From Azolla caroliniana (taxonomy: Eukaryota > Plantae > Polypodiophyta), in contig JBHGNT010000009.1 in assembly GCA_043228905.1 (NCBI GenBank), positions 20,522,001-20,586,000 of the forward strand: a stretch of DNA of 64,000 bases. Reading direction: 5' to 3'. The notes beneath the pieces were generated by a model. It made no database searches. It had not been told where the DNA came from and was given only the letters and a program-made list of their open reading frames with translations. A program made the position numbers and the translations under genes. Shown one piece after another: positions 1 through 16,767 of the stretch. Position 1 is the stretch's first letter. Every line of letters begins with the position of its first letter.

Positions 1-490
1 TATGCGTATGTGCATATGCGTATGCATATGCGCATATGCGTATGCGTGTGTGTATGTGTATGTGATTATGCGTATGCGTATGCGTATGTGATTATGTGTA
101 TGCGTATGCGACTATGCGTATGTGTATGCGTATGTGACTATGCGTATGTGACTATGCGTATGCGTATGTGTATGCGTATGTGTATATGCGAATGCGTATA
201 TGCGTATGTGTATGCGAATGCGTATATGCGTATGTGCATATGTATGTGACTATGCGTATGTGCGTATGCATATGCGCATATGCGTATGCGTATATGCGAA
301 TGCGTATATGCGTATGCGTATGCGTATGCATATAATGTATATGGATATAATGCATACGTATATAATGTATATGTATATGCATATGCATATAATGTATATG
401 TATAATGTATATGCATATGGATATGGATATGTATATGCGTATGTATATCCATATTTATATTATGTATATGTATATGTATTTGTATATTCA
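1..490. repeat. Compound microsatellite (TATGCG)n/(TATG)n/(TA)n, probably intronic
   Basis: Near-continuous alternating purine-pyrimidine repeats, upstream of a pyrimidine tract and AG acceptor at 540-541. Confidence 0.95.
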
Positions 491-502
491 ATGGAAACTT
501 AA

Positions 503-3915
<3,413 letters not shown>

Positions 3916-3917
<2 letters not shown>

Positions 3918-4238
3918 TTTGCCTCTTCCAAGGTCAAATCAGTATTTGTTGTGAGCCGGAAGTTAAGAGGCAATAATAGCTTTAAACATCTGTCCCAATT
4001 TAATTCTTCTTGATAAGGTGTGTTTGATTACATTTCTTGATATCAACCTGTATACCATTGCATTTCTTCTCTCAATTTGCCTCTTCCAAGGTCAAATCAA
4101 TATTTGTTGTGAACCGGAAGTTAAGAGGCAATAATAGCTTTAAACATCTGTCCCAATTTAATTCTTCTTGATAAGGTGTGTTTGACTTACATTTCTTGAT
4201 ATCAACCTGTATACCATTGCATTTCTTCTCTCAATTTG
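3916..4238 (+). repeat. Tandem duplication (2 x ~158 bp) in the purB 3' UTR
   Basis: GCCTCTTCCAAGGTCAAATC...CATTTCTTCTCTC occurs twice; AATTTG at 3916, 4074 and 4233 marks the junctions. Confidence 0.93.
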
Positions 4239-7200
4239 TAAGCTCCGACCATTGTGGTCTGGTAAAGATATATGTTCTTTCGCTACGTGTTCTTAAATAA
4301 AAGAGAGCATGTAGCTATATAAGCTTTGAAGACGAAATGATTATTTTGTACCAAAGGGTCTTGATAGAGAAAGCTGGAGAATCGAGGTGGGAATTCTTCC
4401 ATCGGAGGCAATATGAATGAACATTCTTCTTGTGAATAGTTCATTGATTGAATAGATTTCCTAATCATTATTTTATGTACACTGTCAAGATTGTGTTGAT
4501 TGAATAGTTGTAACTTGAGTATCATTCTCTTATGAGGATTTTCATACCTTGAAAAAGGGTAAGAGAATGTTTCAAATACTGAAGATTTCTCTTACAATAG
4601 TGATTAGATGCTGCAGAGATTTATGGCATTTCTTGTTGTAGTCATTTGCAGGATATGTCTAATCATTTTGATGAGTAAATAAATAAAGATACTTCAAAGG
4701 TGCATGAAAATCTATGGAGAAATAAGCATCAAGATGCAATATTATGAAGGTGCAAAGTTTTGGACTAAGCTGCAATGCCACCAGCCTCTTTTGTATTATT
4801 ACATATAAAATTTTTGTCATATATGCTAATGAAATTTCATGCAAACAAAATGATTTAGATGTGGTAGGCATGCAATCTACAAGGGTCATATTTGGAACTG
4901 ACATATTCATACTCACACCCCACACATGACAATACTTTGGATTTGCATTTTGTATGGTTGATGTTTTACCCATTAGATGATCCTAAACCTTGTTGCCCTA
5001 ACGATACGACACGCCCATAATATGTTTGGTTGGAAGGATCATCCTTTGAAAGGTAATCTTCTACATTCATGCTTGGCACATGTGCATTATTGTACATGGC
5101 TTATTTGATTCTTCACCTTCCAGCCACACCTAAACCTATTCGTTCAATTTAGTTCTTCATCTTCACCCTCAAATATATTCTTATTCAATTTGATTCTTCA
5201 CCTTTCAATGTTTTACTTGTTCAATTATATTGAATTCAAACCATGGTTAAGGATACAATGTGCCCATGACATAATTTGGTTGGATGGATCATCTTTTGAA
5301 ATGTAATATTGTGCATTCACCCATCCCACATGTGCATTGTGTCATACTTGGCTTATTTCAACCCTTTGCTATTATGTACTTAAACTATTTCTAAAGCCAT
5401 ATTTTAAGGAAAGTTGTCTAGAAAGTCATAAGGCCATATTGGAAGTGTGGGATTTGGAAGTGTGTGGGGAGCTACTAATAATTCTTGTGAAATATTGAAC
5501 ATAGCTCCTCTTTTCACACCAATTTGTGGCTTTCGACTCATAGATATTGTGCCAGTATATAAGTTCTTGTGAAATGTTGACCTTGTGAAAATTTAAGTAA
5601 AGTCTTGACCTCTCAAATGCATGATTAAGCATTAAATTTGGAGTTTGTTTAGTGCTCATTTATTGGTGTTGGTGAGTAGATTGCATTGACTGTTTAGACT
5701 CAAGTGAAACCCACACCTAAAAGGCAATAAGTAAAAAGGTAAGGGCTACTTGTGTAATTACTGCACTACTTTTTACTTATTGTTCATATGCCATGACCGA
5801 GGGGTGGAGTACGAAAAAACCAAAAAAATAAGAAAAAACTGAGAGAGTGAAAGACAACGTGGAAAAATAGAGATTATGAGAGAGAGAGAGAGAGAGAGAT
5901 TAAAAAAAGGCACAAGAGATAAGAATTGGATACAATTAGCACCACAATTTGCTTCAATCATCTTTGGAAGAATCTCTTCTCCATCAATCTCACACTACTC
6001 ATACATAAAGGTAAATGTTCCCTTTTCTTTTTTGGAAGAAAGAATTAGGGTTTATTTTCCGTATTTTTCGCGAGGACTCCTCTTAGTTCTTCTCCCTTTG
6101 GGGTTTCTTATTCTTATTCTTCTTTTGCGACTTCTTCATTTTTCAAGGTATTGACCTACTTATGTCTACTACGGAGGTTTGGACTTCTTCTCCGCAATAG
6201 AGAATGCTACACGTCGGCGATTTCGAGAACACTACACCGTCATCTGAGCACGGTAGGCAATGGTGGTAGTTGCGGTTCCGTCGGCTCACTTGACTCACCT
6301 TCACCGGAAATTGCATTACCCCCTTTCATTTTGTAAATGACTATTTTGTATTTAAATGACTATTTTGTAAAAACCATCGAAATCGTGATACATTTGCAAA
6401 GAGATGACTTGTATATTTTCACCACATTTCTGCCTTAATCTAGTGTACATTCGCGTAATTGTGTGCTTCAATCCTAATCGCGCATTTATCATAATTTGGG
6501 TTGTCTTTCCCTTCGTGTTTGAAGAGCCATCGACTCTTAGCTCCCTTCGAGTCTAGGCTCCCTTTGACTCTAAGTTCCCTTTGACATGGGACCTAGGAAG
6601 TCATAGATTTAAAAATAACTGCATACATACAATGTTTCATTGACATGAGTTTATATAGTAACTCCAGTGATGAAGCCAAAGCATAATATGTGTTGTGGAA
6701 GAAAATCGCGAGTATGTTTGCAACAAAGAATGCCTTGAATAAAGTTTCGTTATTAAGAAAGATAGTAAGATTGAGATATTAGGATGGCTCTAGTATGGTA
6801 GAGCATCTGAATGTATTTTAAGGGTTGATTAATCAAATTGTCTCTCTAGACATACCTCTAACAGATGAGGTATTGGCCTTATTATTGCTACTGGCTCTCT
6901 CCCAAATAGTTGGAAAACACTTGTGGTGACACTTAAGAATTCAACACAAGGAAAGCTGACATTGGATACATTTAAGTCTAGTCTTCTTAATGAAGAAGCA
7001 AAACGAAAGGAGCGTGATCCTTAATTTGAGCATAAAGCCCTAGTCATGTAAACCACCTCGAATAGAGGAAGAAGCTATACCCACAAAAAATAGAAATAAC
7101 TTTAAGGAGAGGTTTAAATCCAAAAACAAAAAGGATTTTAAGAAAGATTTTTCATGCCAGTATTATGATGGTCCAAATCATTATGAAAGAGATTGTAGAA

Positions 7201-8315
7201 AGAGGAGAGACCAAAAGAATGGAACAACCAACAACAAAAAAAATGACCTAACAACAACCACACGTTATAGTGAAATTATCATTGTTTGTGGTGATGCTTG
7301 TGTAAGTTAAGCGCGCCAACTAACTGATTAGATCATTGACTCGGGAGCCTTGTATCATACTACCCAATATCGGGAGATGTTTACATCATATGCTAGTTGA
7401 AACTTTGGTAGAGTCAAAATGACCAACAAGGGTGTGATTGAAGTGGTTGGCATAGGGATGTCATTTTGGTGATAGACACAGATCGTGAGCTTGTAGTTAA
7501 GGATCTTAGACATGTTTCGGATATTCGACTAAATATAATTTCTGTAGGTAAGCTTGATAATGAGGGTTATTCAAATTACTTTGAAGGAAGATAGAAGCTC
7601 ACCAAAGGCTCTTTAATCATTGCCAAATGTCAAAAAAACGAATTCCCTATACCTTATGCATGTTGTGATGTCTAACGGAGAGGTAAATGTAGCTGACAAG
7701 TATGTCTTTGCTTTTTAGCTTTACCCACCCAAAGAAAATCTCATCCATTGGATTTGGTGCATATTGATTTGTGTTATATGAAAGATAAAACGCTTGGTGG
7801 TGCACTATACTTCGCTACATTCATTGATGATTTCCCGAGGAAATTGTGGTGCTTTGCATTGAAATCTAAAGATAAAGTATTTGAGATATTTGAGAGCTTC
7901 CAAGTAAGTGTTGAAAGAGAAACTAGAAAGAATCTGAAATTTATTCGTGCAGATAACGGTCGTGAATATCAGGGTCAATTTGAGCAATATTGTTGTGATT
8001 ATGGTATTAGGCTTACGAGAAGTGTTCCAAAAATACCTCAACTCAAAGGTGTGATTGAAAGAATGAATAGAACAATTTGTGCGCGGTGTATGTTATCTTA
8101 CTTTAAATTGCCTAAACCTTTTTGGGGTGAAGCAATAAGGACTATAGTTGATCTTATAAACTTGTTTGCGTTATCCCCTTTGGATGGTGATGTTCCCGAG
8201 AGATTTTGGACAAGAAAAGATGTTTCACACAAGCATTTAGGATTGTGAGGCTGTAGGGCTTTTGTTCACATTCCAATTTAAGGTGAAAGATCCAAGCTTG
8301 ATGATAAGTGCAAAT

Positions 8316-8954
8316 TGTTACGAAACAAGTCCCTCCGGATGGGAAGAGAAGAGCCAAGTCTATCAACCTATGCCGAAACCGAAATCGTGTAGACAACCAA
8401 CTCGGAAGACTACACTTGTAAGTAGTCGAAATATGCCCTTATGGGCTACAAGTCGGCCGAGGCCAAAACCGAAATCGTGTAGACAGCCAACTCGGAAGAC
8501 TATACTTGTAAATAGTCTAAATATGCCCTTATGGGCTATACCTATAAATAACCCAAAAGGTGTACTAGTATATAAGTACTTAGGGCAATCATATAATATG
8601 ATGAGCGATTGTCAAAAGGTGAATCAGAAGGTTGTTGCCTCTGTAATTGTGTAACAGTAAGTGGGTGAGAGTGAGAGTGTGTGTAACTCTGTAGCCGTCT
8701 GTTGACGAAGTTGAATCTCGAGGTCGTTGCCTTGGAGCTTCTACTTGTACTCCTTTTAGTATAGTGATTCTGTTTCTCGGAGTTTGTGGACCCCCGTGGT
8801 TTTTCCCATTTCGGGTTTCCACGTTAAATTCACGTGCTTCTGTCTCTTGTGCTATTTCTATTTTCGTACTATGTCTGAGTGCATTCTATTTTACGTTCCC
8901 TGCACCCGAACATCCGAACGAGAAGCCGGTTGTGGCCGGTCACGATTCTCGACA
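8316..8954 (+). mobile_element. Solo LTR (639 bp) inserted in the Copia relic
   Basis: TG...CA ends, TSD CAAAT/CAAAC (1 mismatch). Removing it restores LDDKCKLYIFLGY. Contains a ~90-bp internal tandem repeat and TATAAATA. Confidence 0.82.
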
Positions 8955-9886
8955 CAAACTATACATATTCTTGGGATATTGTCATGAAGAATTTGGCTAT
9001 AGATTATATGACCCAACAAATAAAAAGGTTCTTCAAAGCAGGGTTGTAGTATTCCTTGAGGATCAAACTTTACAAGACCTAAAGCTTAGTGAAATATTGA
9101 ATACATTCCTGATTTAGGGTCACGAGGGATGTGGAGGAATATGATGATGCAACTAATGATGTAGTTGATGATGATGATGAGCAAAATCATGATCATTGTA
9201 TTCCAGGTGACTAGATTGATCACATTTCAGTAGTTCCACTGCAAGTGGAAGAGGCTAGAAGGTTTATGGGACAGGCAACCTGCTACTAGATGTAGTCCAC
9301 ATAAATATGTGATGCTCACAGATGGGAGAGAGAAAGAAAGCTTTAGAGAAGTCATGGAACATGATCAGAAAGAGAAATGGTTTGAGGTCATGACTGATGA
9401 GGTGAAGTACTTGCAACATAATCACACCTATGACTTGGTAAAGCTACCCAGGGACAAGAGAGCACTGAAAAACAAATGGGTTTAGAGGCTCAAGACTAAG
9501 GAACATTGGTCACAACTAAGATACAAGGCAAGATTGGTTGTGAAAGGGTTCAATAAGACAAAGGATGTTGTTTTCGAGGAGTTTTTTTCATTAATGGTGA
9601 AGATGTGCTCAAACAAAGCTGTACTTGGGATTGCATCCAGTCTTAATTTAGAAATTGAACAAGTTGATGTAAAGACCACCTACCTTCATGGTGATCTAGA
9701 AGAAGAAATTTACATGGAACAACCTGAGGGGTTTGGAGTCAAAGTAAAAGAAAACCGTGTGTGTAGGTTAAAGAAGAGGTTGTATGGTCTAGAACAAGCT
9801 TCTAGACTTTGATATAATAAATTTGACTCATTCATGTTAGACCACAGGTATAATAGGACTAACTCAGATCACTCAATGTGTTTTCT

Positions 9887-10137
9887 TGAAGAAATAAACT
9901 CAACTTCCCTAGTGTGTGAACATCCCACCTCGTATCATAAACTAAGTGTCATAGAAGTTAAGTCCTATGACACATATTTAGTAGGTAGTTAAGTCTCCAC
10001 CTCTTTTCCAAGTGGTGGTTGTAGTGAGTGAACATAGAGAGAAGGTGATAACATAAGCACCTTCTCCTCCTCTTTGTAGTTGTTGGCTCATCTTGCTCCT
10101 TGTTAATACAATTTTCTTGATTTTCTGTATACCTTGT

Positions 10138-10179
<42 letters not shown>

Positions 10180-10230
10180 GCATACACGTAGATCACTTCC
10201 GCTGCACAAAATCACACCCGATTCTTTACA
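9887..10230 (+). mobile_element. Degenerate Copia solo LTR related to the LTR at 11795-12246 (opposite orientation)
   Basis: Ends GATTCTTTACA; its reverse complement TGTAAAGAATCG matches 11795 TATAAAGAATCG. Both carry a TGTCATAG...CTATGACA hairpin. It interrupts RT just before FSDCDLIILLLYVDD. Left boundary approximate. Confidence 0.65.
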
Positions 10231-10550
10231 TTCTCCGATTGTGATCTCATCATTCTACTATTGTATGTGGATGATATGTTGATTATTGGTCAAGATACCA
10301 ACAAGATTGAGAAATTGAAGAGAGAGCTTAACATGTCTTTTGTTATGAAGGACTTGGGACCATCTAAGCAAATCCTTGGGATGAAGATAACCAGGGATAG
10401 AGCAAACAAAAAACTTTTGGTTGTCACAAGAAAAATATATCAAGTTCTTGAGAGATTTGACATGGCTAAGTGTAAGCTAGTCAACAGTCCACTTGCATGC
10501 CACTTTAAACTCAACTTTGAATAGTGCCCTACAAGTGAGAAAGAAAGATA

Positions 10551-11317
10551 TATTAACGTCTTCTAAGGCCAAAATTGGCCCATGAGACAAATGGATTACA
10601 ACAAAAAATGGGATATTTACCCATTCATCAAAAGAAAAAAGAAAAAAGAAAAAAGAGATAAAAATAGAGTTTTAAGCTAAATAGTTCTAGTAAAATAACA
10701 AACATGTTCTATATAAAAACATGTTCTACAATGAAAATGATGTTATACTAGGCCTAATTTCATTTCCATCCAAGTCTCTAGAAGAGAAGCGGGATGTCAA
10801 AGGGTTTCAATGTGGATGTGGCCCATGGTCCCAATGTAAAAGGTACCCCAACCATAGCTTCTAGTCGACGTAGCTCATGTTCCCTTATCTTCTTAATATT
10901 TTCTACTCCGTGTCGACTTGTTTTGAAGCCCAAGATCCGAGGGCGTTTGATTGTTCTTTGCATTTCGGCCTCTCAAGATGAATGTATCCACATTCATCGT
11001 TTCCCCTTGTTCCTGAAAAATTACACTAATTACATGTTGATGAATAGTAGAAGGGTTATGGTTAACACTTTGTAATTTATTCTCCCTATGTTGTTTTAGC
11101 TCTAATATATACCTACCTAGTCTCTTTACATCCGGGGTATCTAATAGTTTGGAGAGATATGTCTTGGTATTCCGCCCGTATCTCGCCATAAGTTGGGCAC
11201 TTGCATGTGAAGTGATACTCATCCTCTATCTCTATGTGGCATAACCTACATAGTCTTTCCTCTCTAGGGACTCTATTAGCCCGACCATTCTCAATCTCAA
11301 GTTGGTGAGAGACAACA
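10551..11317. mobile_element. Unclassified ~770-bp insertion, possibly an old solo LTR
   Basis: Interrupts the RT-RNase H tether CPTSEKE|EEIKQIPYTSAV; ends in ACAACA; no clean TSD. Confidence 0.45.
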
Positions 11318-11340
11318 AGAAGAAATCAAACAAATACCAT

Positions 11341-11726
11341 ATACTTCTGCAGTGTAGTTTGTTTTATGTTATGATATGCACAAGGCTTGAAATTGCTCAT
11401 CTAGTTGGTGTAGTAAGTCGTTTTCTCTTGAATCCTAGAAAAGATAGTTGGGAAGCAATGAAACACATTCTCCAATATCTTAGGGACACTTTGGACGTTT
11501 GTCTGAATTTTTTTGGTGATAACCAAACTGTTATGATACTTCTGTAGTGTAGTTTGTTTTATGTTATGATATGCACAAGGCTTGAAATTGCTCATCTAGT
11601 TGGTGCAGTAAGTTGTTTTCTCTTGAATCCTAGAAAAGATAGTTGGGAAGCATTGAAACGCATTCTCCAATATCTTAGGGACACTTTGGGCGTTTGTCTG
11701 AATTTTTTTGGTGATAACCAAACTGT
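11341..11726 (+). repeat. Tandem duplication (195-bp period) inside the Copia relic
   Basis: ICTRLEIAHLVG...LNFFGDNQTV is encoded twice (ORFs 11302 and 11554). Confidence 0.9.
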
Positions 11727-11794
11727 GTTAGATGGGTATACATATGCAAACGTGGTTGGTGACATTGACCCTAGAAAATCCACATCATGGTATT

Positions 11795-13290
11795 TATAAA
11801 GAATCGCGTATGATTCTTGTGTAGTGGAAGAGATGTGTGTTATGTGTATGTGTGAGAGGAATTAGAGGAGAGAAGAGAGAACACAAGATAGATAGATAAA
11901 GGAATACTCAAGAAGAAGATGTATATTCACAAGTAAAGTAAGAGATACAAAAATGTAGCATTACAAGGAGTCACAACCGACTTAATATGAAGTATGAGGA
12001 GGGTGCTTTATATATAGTCACCCTCTCTCTTCATTAACTAACTACAAAAACCACTCTCTCTTGGGGAATGTGAAGACTGGTAGTCATGGGGAATATGTAA
12101 CTCATTAGTTATGTGTCATAGAATATGATTCTATGACACATAGTTAATGTGTAGAGAGTAGTGGTGTGACTCTTGACCTTTGAGCAATCATAGATTCTCA
12201 AAAGGTGTGTTCACACGTTGCACTATGTTGAGCTTGATTCTCAACACCCCCCCTTAAGCTCAACTCGGGTCGGTTCCTTTCGATTGATGTCCGCTTCGGC
12301 TGGTATCCGGTACATGCTTGAGCTCGTACCCAGTTCGGACGATATCCGGTTCTCGCTTGTACTCCCCCTCAAGCTTGGCAAGTCAAGGATCGTCAATCCA
12401 AGGTCTGACATGAATTGCCGAAGCTTTTCGGCTCCTAGGGCCTTGGCGAAGATGTCAGCTGTTTGAAAATTCGTGTTGATGTGTAGAAGATCGACATCTT
12501 CGGCTTGAACATGCTCTCGAATGAAGTGGTAGTGCACTTCGATATGCTTTGTGCGTGCGTGGAACACCGGGTTCCGAGCCAGATATATACTGCTCATGTT
12601 GTCGCAGTAAATGAGAGTCGGATCCTTCAAAATCCTCTTGAGCCATACGACTTCACATGAAGCTACGGTTGTGCCCATGTATTCGGCCTCCGTACTCGAA
12701 AGTACAATGGTAGGCTGCTTCTTACTACTCCAAGATATTCCGCCGCTACTGAGCGAGAACACAAATCCGGAGGTCGATCGTCGATAAGGTCTATAGCCGG
12801 CCCAATCGGCGTCCGTGTACCCTTCGAGTTGAATTGGTGTTGCCGACGCGTAAAGGATGCCGTAATCCATTGTGCCGCTCACGTATCGTAATACTCGCTT
12901 AGCGCAATGGAAATCGATATCTTGTGGAGTTTGCATGAATTGGCTAAGGAGACCAACCCGATAGTTGAGGTCGGGTCGTGTGATTGTGAGATAGATGAGG
13001 CACTCGATCAGTTGTCGATATTGAGTCGGCTTGTACTCGTCTGTGCCAGAGTCGACATCTAGTTTGAGGTTTCGATCAAGAGGGGTTGACACAAATTTGT
13101 ACTCTGTCATCCTGAACTTGTATAATAAGCTGAGAATGTAGTGCCGTTGAGAGATCATAATGTCGGTCGGAATCCGAATTACTTCGATGCCTAGGAAGTA
13201 ATGAAGTTCCTTCATGTCTGTCATCTCGAATTTATTGGAGAGGAGGGATTTCACCTTGTTGATGTCAACTAAACTTTCTCCTCCAATGAC
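11795..13290 (-). mobile_element. 3' part of a Ty1/Copia element: 3' LTR 11795-12246, PPT, and RT/RNase H end
   Basis: On the minus strand GAGCTTAAGGGGGGG abuts TGTTGAGAATCAAGC. ORF has YTDADWAG, RRSTSG, SSTEAEY and HARTKHIEVHYHF. Cut at 13290 by element G. Confidence 0.9.
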
Positions 13291-13864
13291 TGTTAAGCGC
13301 TGGAATAACAACACAACCAGTCACGAATAAGAATGCATCAACAAGGAGGTAGTACGAAGAGGAAACGACAAGAGGAAAGGAAAGCAAAGAGACGGTCAAG
13401 TGTGAAAGGCCCATACCCTAAACATGAAAGCTATATAAACCACATAATAGTGGCTTTGTGGGGGTTCTCCCATTTGTAAAGATCTCCTATTGATGAGAGC
13501 TAGAGCTTCCTCTCCTCCTTCTTGTAACCTTTGAGCTTAAGAGAGATTAGTGAAGTGTTTAGTTAGAGAACACTAATCTCTCTCCTTGTTGGTGCTAGAC
13601 CTCTTAGCAAAGAGGGTTAATAATAGACGTACTCTTCCTTCTTATTGTCTATATCTATTAATCTATTGTCTATGAGAGAGAGCTTGAGAGAGTGAGAGAG
13701 ATATCATGCTCAATCATTTACTGATTGTTGAGTGAGTGTGAGGCTCTGAGGTATCTGACAACCATCTCTGCCTGATTCACCATCAAGAGGGTATACGCTG
13801 GTCCGAATCCCGCCACGATATCGAGGAGCTTACTCCATCGATACATAGATCCTTAACATCTATT

Positions 13865-13882
13865 TGGTGCCGATGTCGGGGA
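13865..13882 (+). promoter_or_regulatory. Primer binding site of G, tRNA-Asp-like
   Basis: TGGTGCCGATGTCGGGGA, 3 mismatches from the Athila-type TGGCGCCGTTGCCGGGGA, 6 nt after the LTR. Confidence 0.7.
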
Positions 13883-13969
13883 TACGACCGACGCTTGAAG
13901 CCTATTTTCGAGTAGCCGAAAACTCGGAGGCAAACCACTCAATGGAGGAAGAAATCGCACGAGAACCAC

Positions 13970-14190
13970 CATTTTCTGTTTTTTTTTCATTATTTCATAG
14001 TTTAATTAAGTCCATTTTCTGTTTTTTCTCATTATTGCATAGTTTAATTAAGTCCATTTTCTGTTTTTTTCATTATTGCATAGTTTAATTAAGTCCATTT
14101 TTTGTTTTTTTCATTATTTCATAGTTTAATTAAGTACATTTTCTGTTTTTTCCATTATTTCATAGTTTAATTAAGTCTATTTTCTGTTTA
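13970..14190. repeat. ~42-bp AT-rich tandem repeat, about 5 copies, in the G leader
   Basis: CATTTTCTGTTTTTTTTCATTATTTCATAGTTTAATTAAGTC repeated. Confidence 0.92.
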
Positions 14191-14344
14191 TTCGCTTGGT
14201 TAACATTAAGCATTGCGGAGATTGAGCCGCTACAAGGCAAGCATAATCACCGTGAGTCTCACGGCTTACGATCACCCCACGGGTCACGAAACGACCGTTG
14301 GCGCCAAAAAGTTTGAATTTCCCACGCAAAGTTCATCGAAAGAA

Positions 14345-14665
14345 CAACCTTCGACGAAGATTCAACCTTCAACGAAGATTAAATCTCTGACGAAGATTTA
14401 ACCTTCGACGAAGATTAAATCTCCGACGAAGATTTAACCTTCGACGAATATACAATCTTCGACGAAGATTCAATCTCCGACGAAGATCCAACCTTCGATG
14501 AATCTTCACCCTCTGACGAAGATTCAACCTTTGACGAAGGCTCAACCTTCGACGAAGATTCAATCCATCTTGAAGATCCAACCTTCGACGTAGACTCACC
14601 CTTTGACGAAGGTTCAACGTTCGACGAAGATTCGACCTTCAACGAATATTCATCCTTCGATGAAC
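14345..14665. repeat. 18-bp tandem repeat (AACCTTCGACGAAGATTC), about 17 copies, in the G leader
   Basis: Direct reading; ORF translations show a 6-aa period. Confidence 0.92.
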
Positions 14666-14689
14666 CTATAAAAGCTTGACCAGAAAACA

Positions 14690-16767
14690 TGGCCGGATCC
14701 TGATGGATAGAGATGTTCAAAACCCGACCCGCACCCCAGGAGGAGTCCACACAAACCAACCAAACCCACGATGTCGTACCACCTAACCCGACTCGGTACC
14801 ACGGAGGGTGGCTAACTCCAGGGATACTACCAAACATGAACCTCCCATTGAGCCCAGGAGCTAAAGCACTTCTCAACATACGCCCACTATAGGAAAGCCC
14901 AATGGCAGACCCACTCAGTGTAGAGCGACACATATGAGACGCAACGCAAGAGTTACGGGTGATAGAACACGAAATCAATCTATGGACGGTACAACTTGTG
15001 AAAGGAGGACAACCGGAAAACACCACTCGAGATATCGAAGCTGCTTTGGTAGAAAGGAAGGATAGATTCGCACAAGTGCAACAAAAACTTCACCTCCTAG
15101 AAACAATGTCGCACATGCACCGCCAAGGTCAAGAGCACAACCCTGTACCACATTCAAGCACAACGGGCGACAGCCCGAACGAAGCCCGCACACAACGACA
15201 CCCGACACCACCACGCATTGGCACAATCCCTATACCTAACTAAGCTACCCCTACACCTCCAAACGCCGAACTCACACTAGCGATACAATCCATCCAAACT
15301 CTTGTAGCATTGATGGAAAAAGAGCGAGCACCCACAGCCCATCCGAGAAACCTTACAAATGACAGTGGGAAGAGTGCTTCAATCTCTAAACTAGTACCCC
15401 GTTTCCTCGGTTTCGGCGATACCTATGACCATGTCGAGAGGTTCAAACAGATTTGTCGCGCTTATGAACCCCTCACAGAGATCACCAAAGTAGCCGCGTT
15501 TGGACTTACACTTGATGACCAAGCCGGAATTTGGTTTCGAACCTTGAATGAAGACATCGCCGCCGATTTCGAGTATGTCATCGAGGATTTCTTGATAAAC
15601 TTCGCTCGCAGAGGGAATAAATGGAACCCGATTGACCAACTTTTCGCCCTCAAGCAAGAAGAGAACGAAACGGTTAGGGACTACATACGTTGCACGAAAA
15701 GCTTGCATCATCATTGTAGTCCGGGCGACAAGATGTCAGATGACAAGTTGATGAGTCGTTTCATCAATGGGTTGTTTGATCCGACACTCCAAAATTTCCT
15801 AATTGCCAGGATGTGTCGATGGTTCGCTGAAGCCTGCACAATAGTGATGACCTTTGAAGATTCAATGAGCGGGTTACAAATACCCACTCAAGCACCTACG
15901 AACAACCGCGAGAAATCCTCAGACCCCACCCCTGCTCTAGCCACACCACTGCGAACACCCCGAATAGAAAGACCCCAAGCATACACCCAACGAGAAAATG
16001 TAAGGTGCACGGTATGCCTCGGCCACCACACTGGACATGAGTGTCCCCTCCTTCATCAATGATGACCGCAATACTGTAAGTGGTGCAAAGCTTTCGTGAT
16101 GCATACACAAGAGAATTGATGGCAAGCCCCCACTTGAAGGTACATGCAAATGCCAATGGTGGAACACCCATGCTCACCTCCACCAGTTAGCCGCCCACCA
16201 CTACCAACAATACTCCCTCAACAACCCCCACTACCGCGCATCGACGCCCACCTCGCCGAACTGGAATATACCACAGATAACCAAACCCAGGTCGGGGCGA
16301 GCACCCCCGAATATGAAGACTCGTACCGAGAGTATGGCATTGAAGAAGAGATGTTGTCCCACTTCGTGGACTTCGAAGGTGACCAAATACCAGTGTACGT
16401 CCTGAGTGGGGAACAACGTGGACCCCCTATGGGATACCGCAACAACAATGGTCTAAGGAGGTCAGAATTGAAATGCTTTAACTGCCAAGGCCCACATATG
16501 GTTAGCGAGTGCCCAACCAAACATGAATACTACAACCGGATGGCCCAACGACCACGACACCTCCCACTCGACACACCCCCACAACCACTGGCGCAAGGTC
16601 TCACCCAACAGTCGCAAGACCTTATCGAATGGTTCCAAAGAGAAGCATCATGCCCAGGGTGCGGTAAAGAACACCTAGTACCTGATTGCCTAGAGAAGAA
16701 GAAAAGGGTCGGCACAAATATGTTGTCCATTGTACCATCCACAATCGGTGCCAATGTCATCACATGA
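14690..16767 (+). pseudogene. gag: G gag, with stops: capsid-like domain plus several CX2CX3HX4C knuckles
   Basis: FGLTLDDQAGIWF...LKQEENETVRDY; CTVCLGHHTGHEC, CFNCQGPHMVSEC, CPGCGKEHLVPDC. Confidence 0.8.

Larger units (their letters stand above)
6600..11794 (+). mobile_element. Degenerate Ty1/Copia (Tnt1/Tork-like) gag-pol relic, interrupted by several insertions
   Basis: Fragmented gag (LWKKIASMF, SLPNSWKTLVVTL), protease (IDSGA), integrase (DLVHIDLC, FIDD, DNGREY), RT (DVKTTYLHGDLEEEIYMEQPEGF, LLYVDDML) and RNase H start (DPRKSTS). Many stops and frameshifts; own LTRs not resolved. Confidence 0.88.

Noticed and set aside
5000-5370. Degenerate ~250-bp duplication (TTGGTTGGAxGGATCATC)
   Set aside because: Too diverged to delimit; no termini or function evident.
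5780-6560. Possible 5' LTR of the Tork-like relic
   Set aside because: No partner LTR, clear termini or PBS could be identified.
14345-14665. Regular palindromic repeats resembling a CRISPR array (also 49839-50219 and 63400-64000)
   Set aside because: No unique spacers and no cas genes; these are head-to-tail repeats in eukaryotic TE context.
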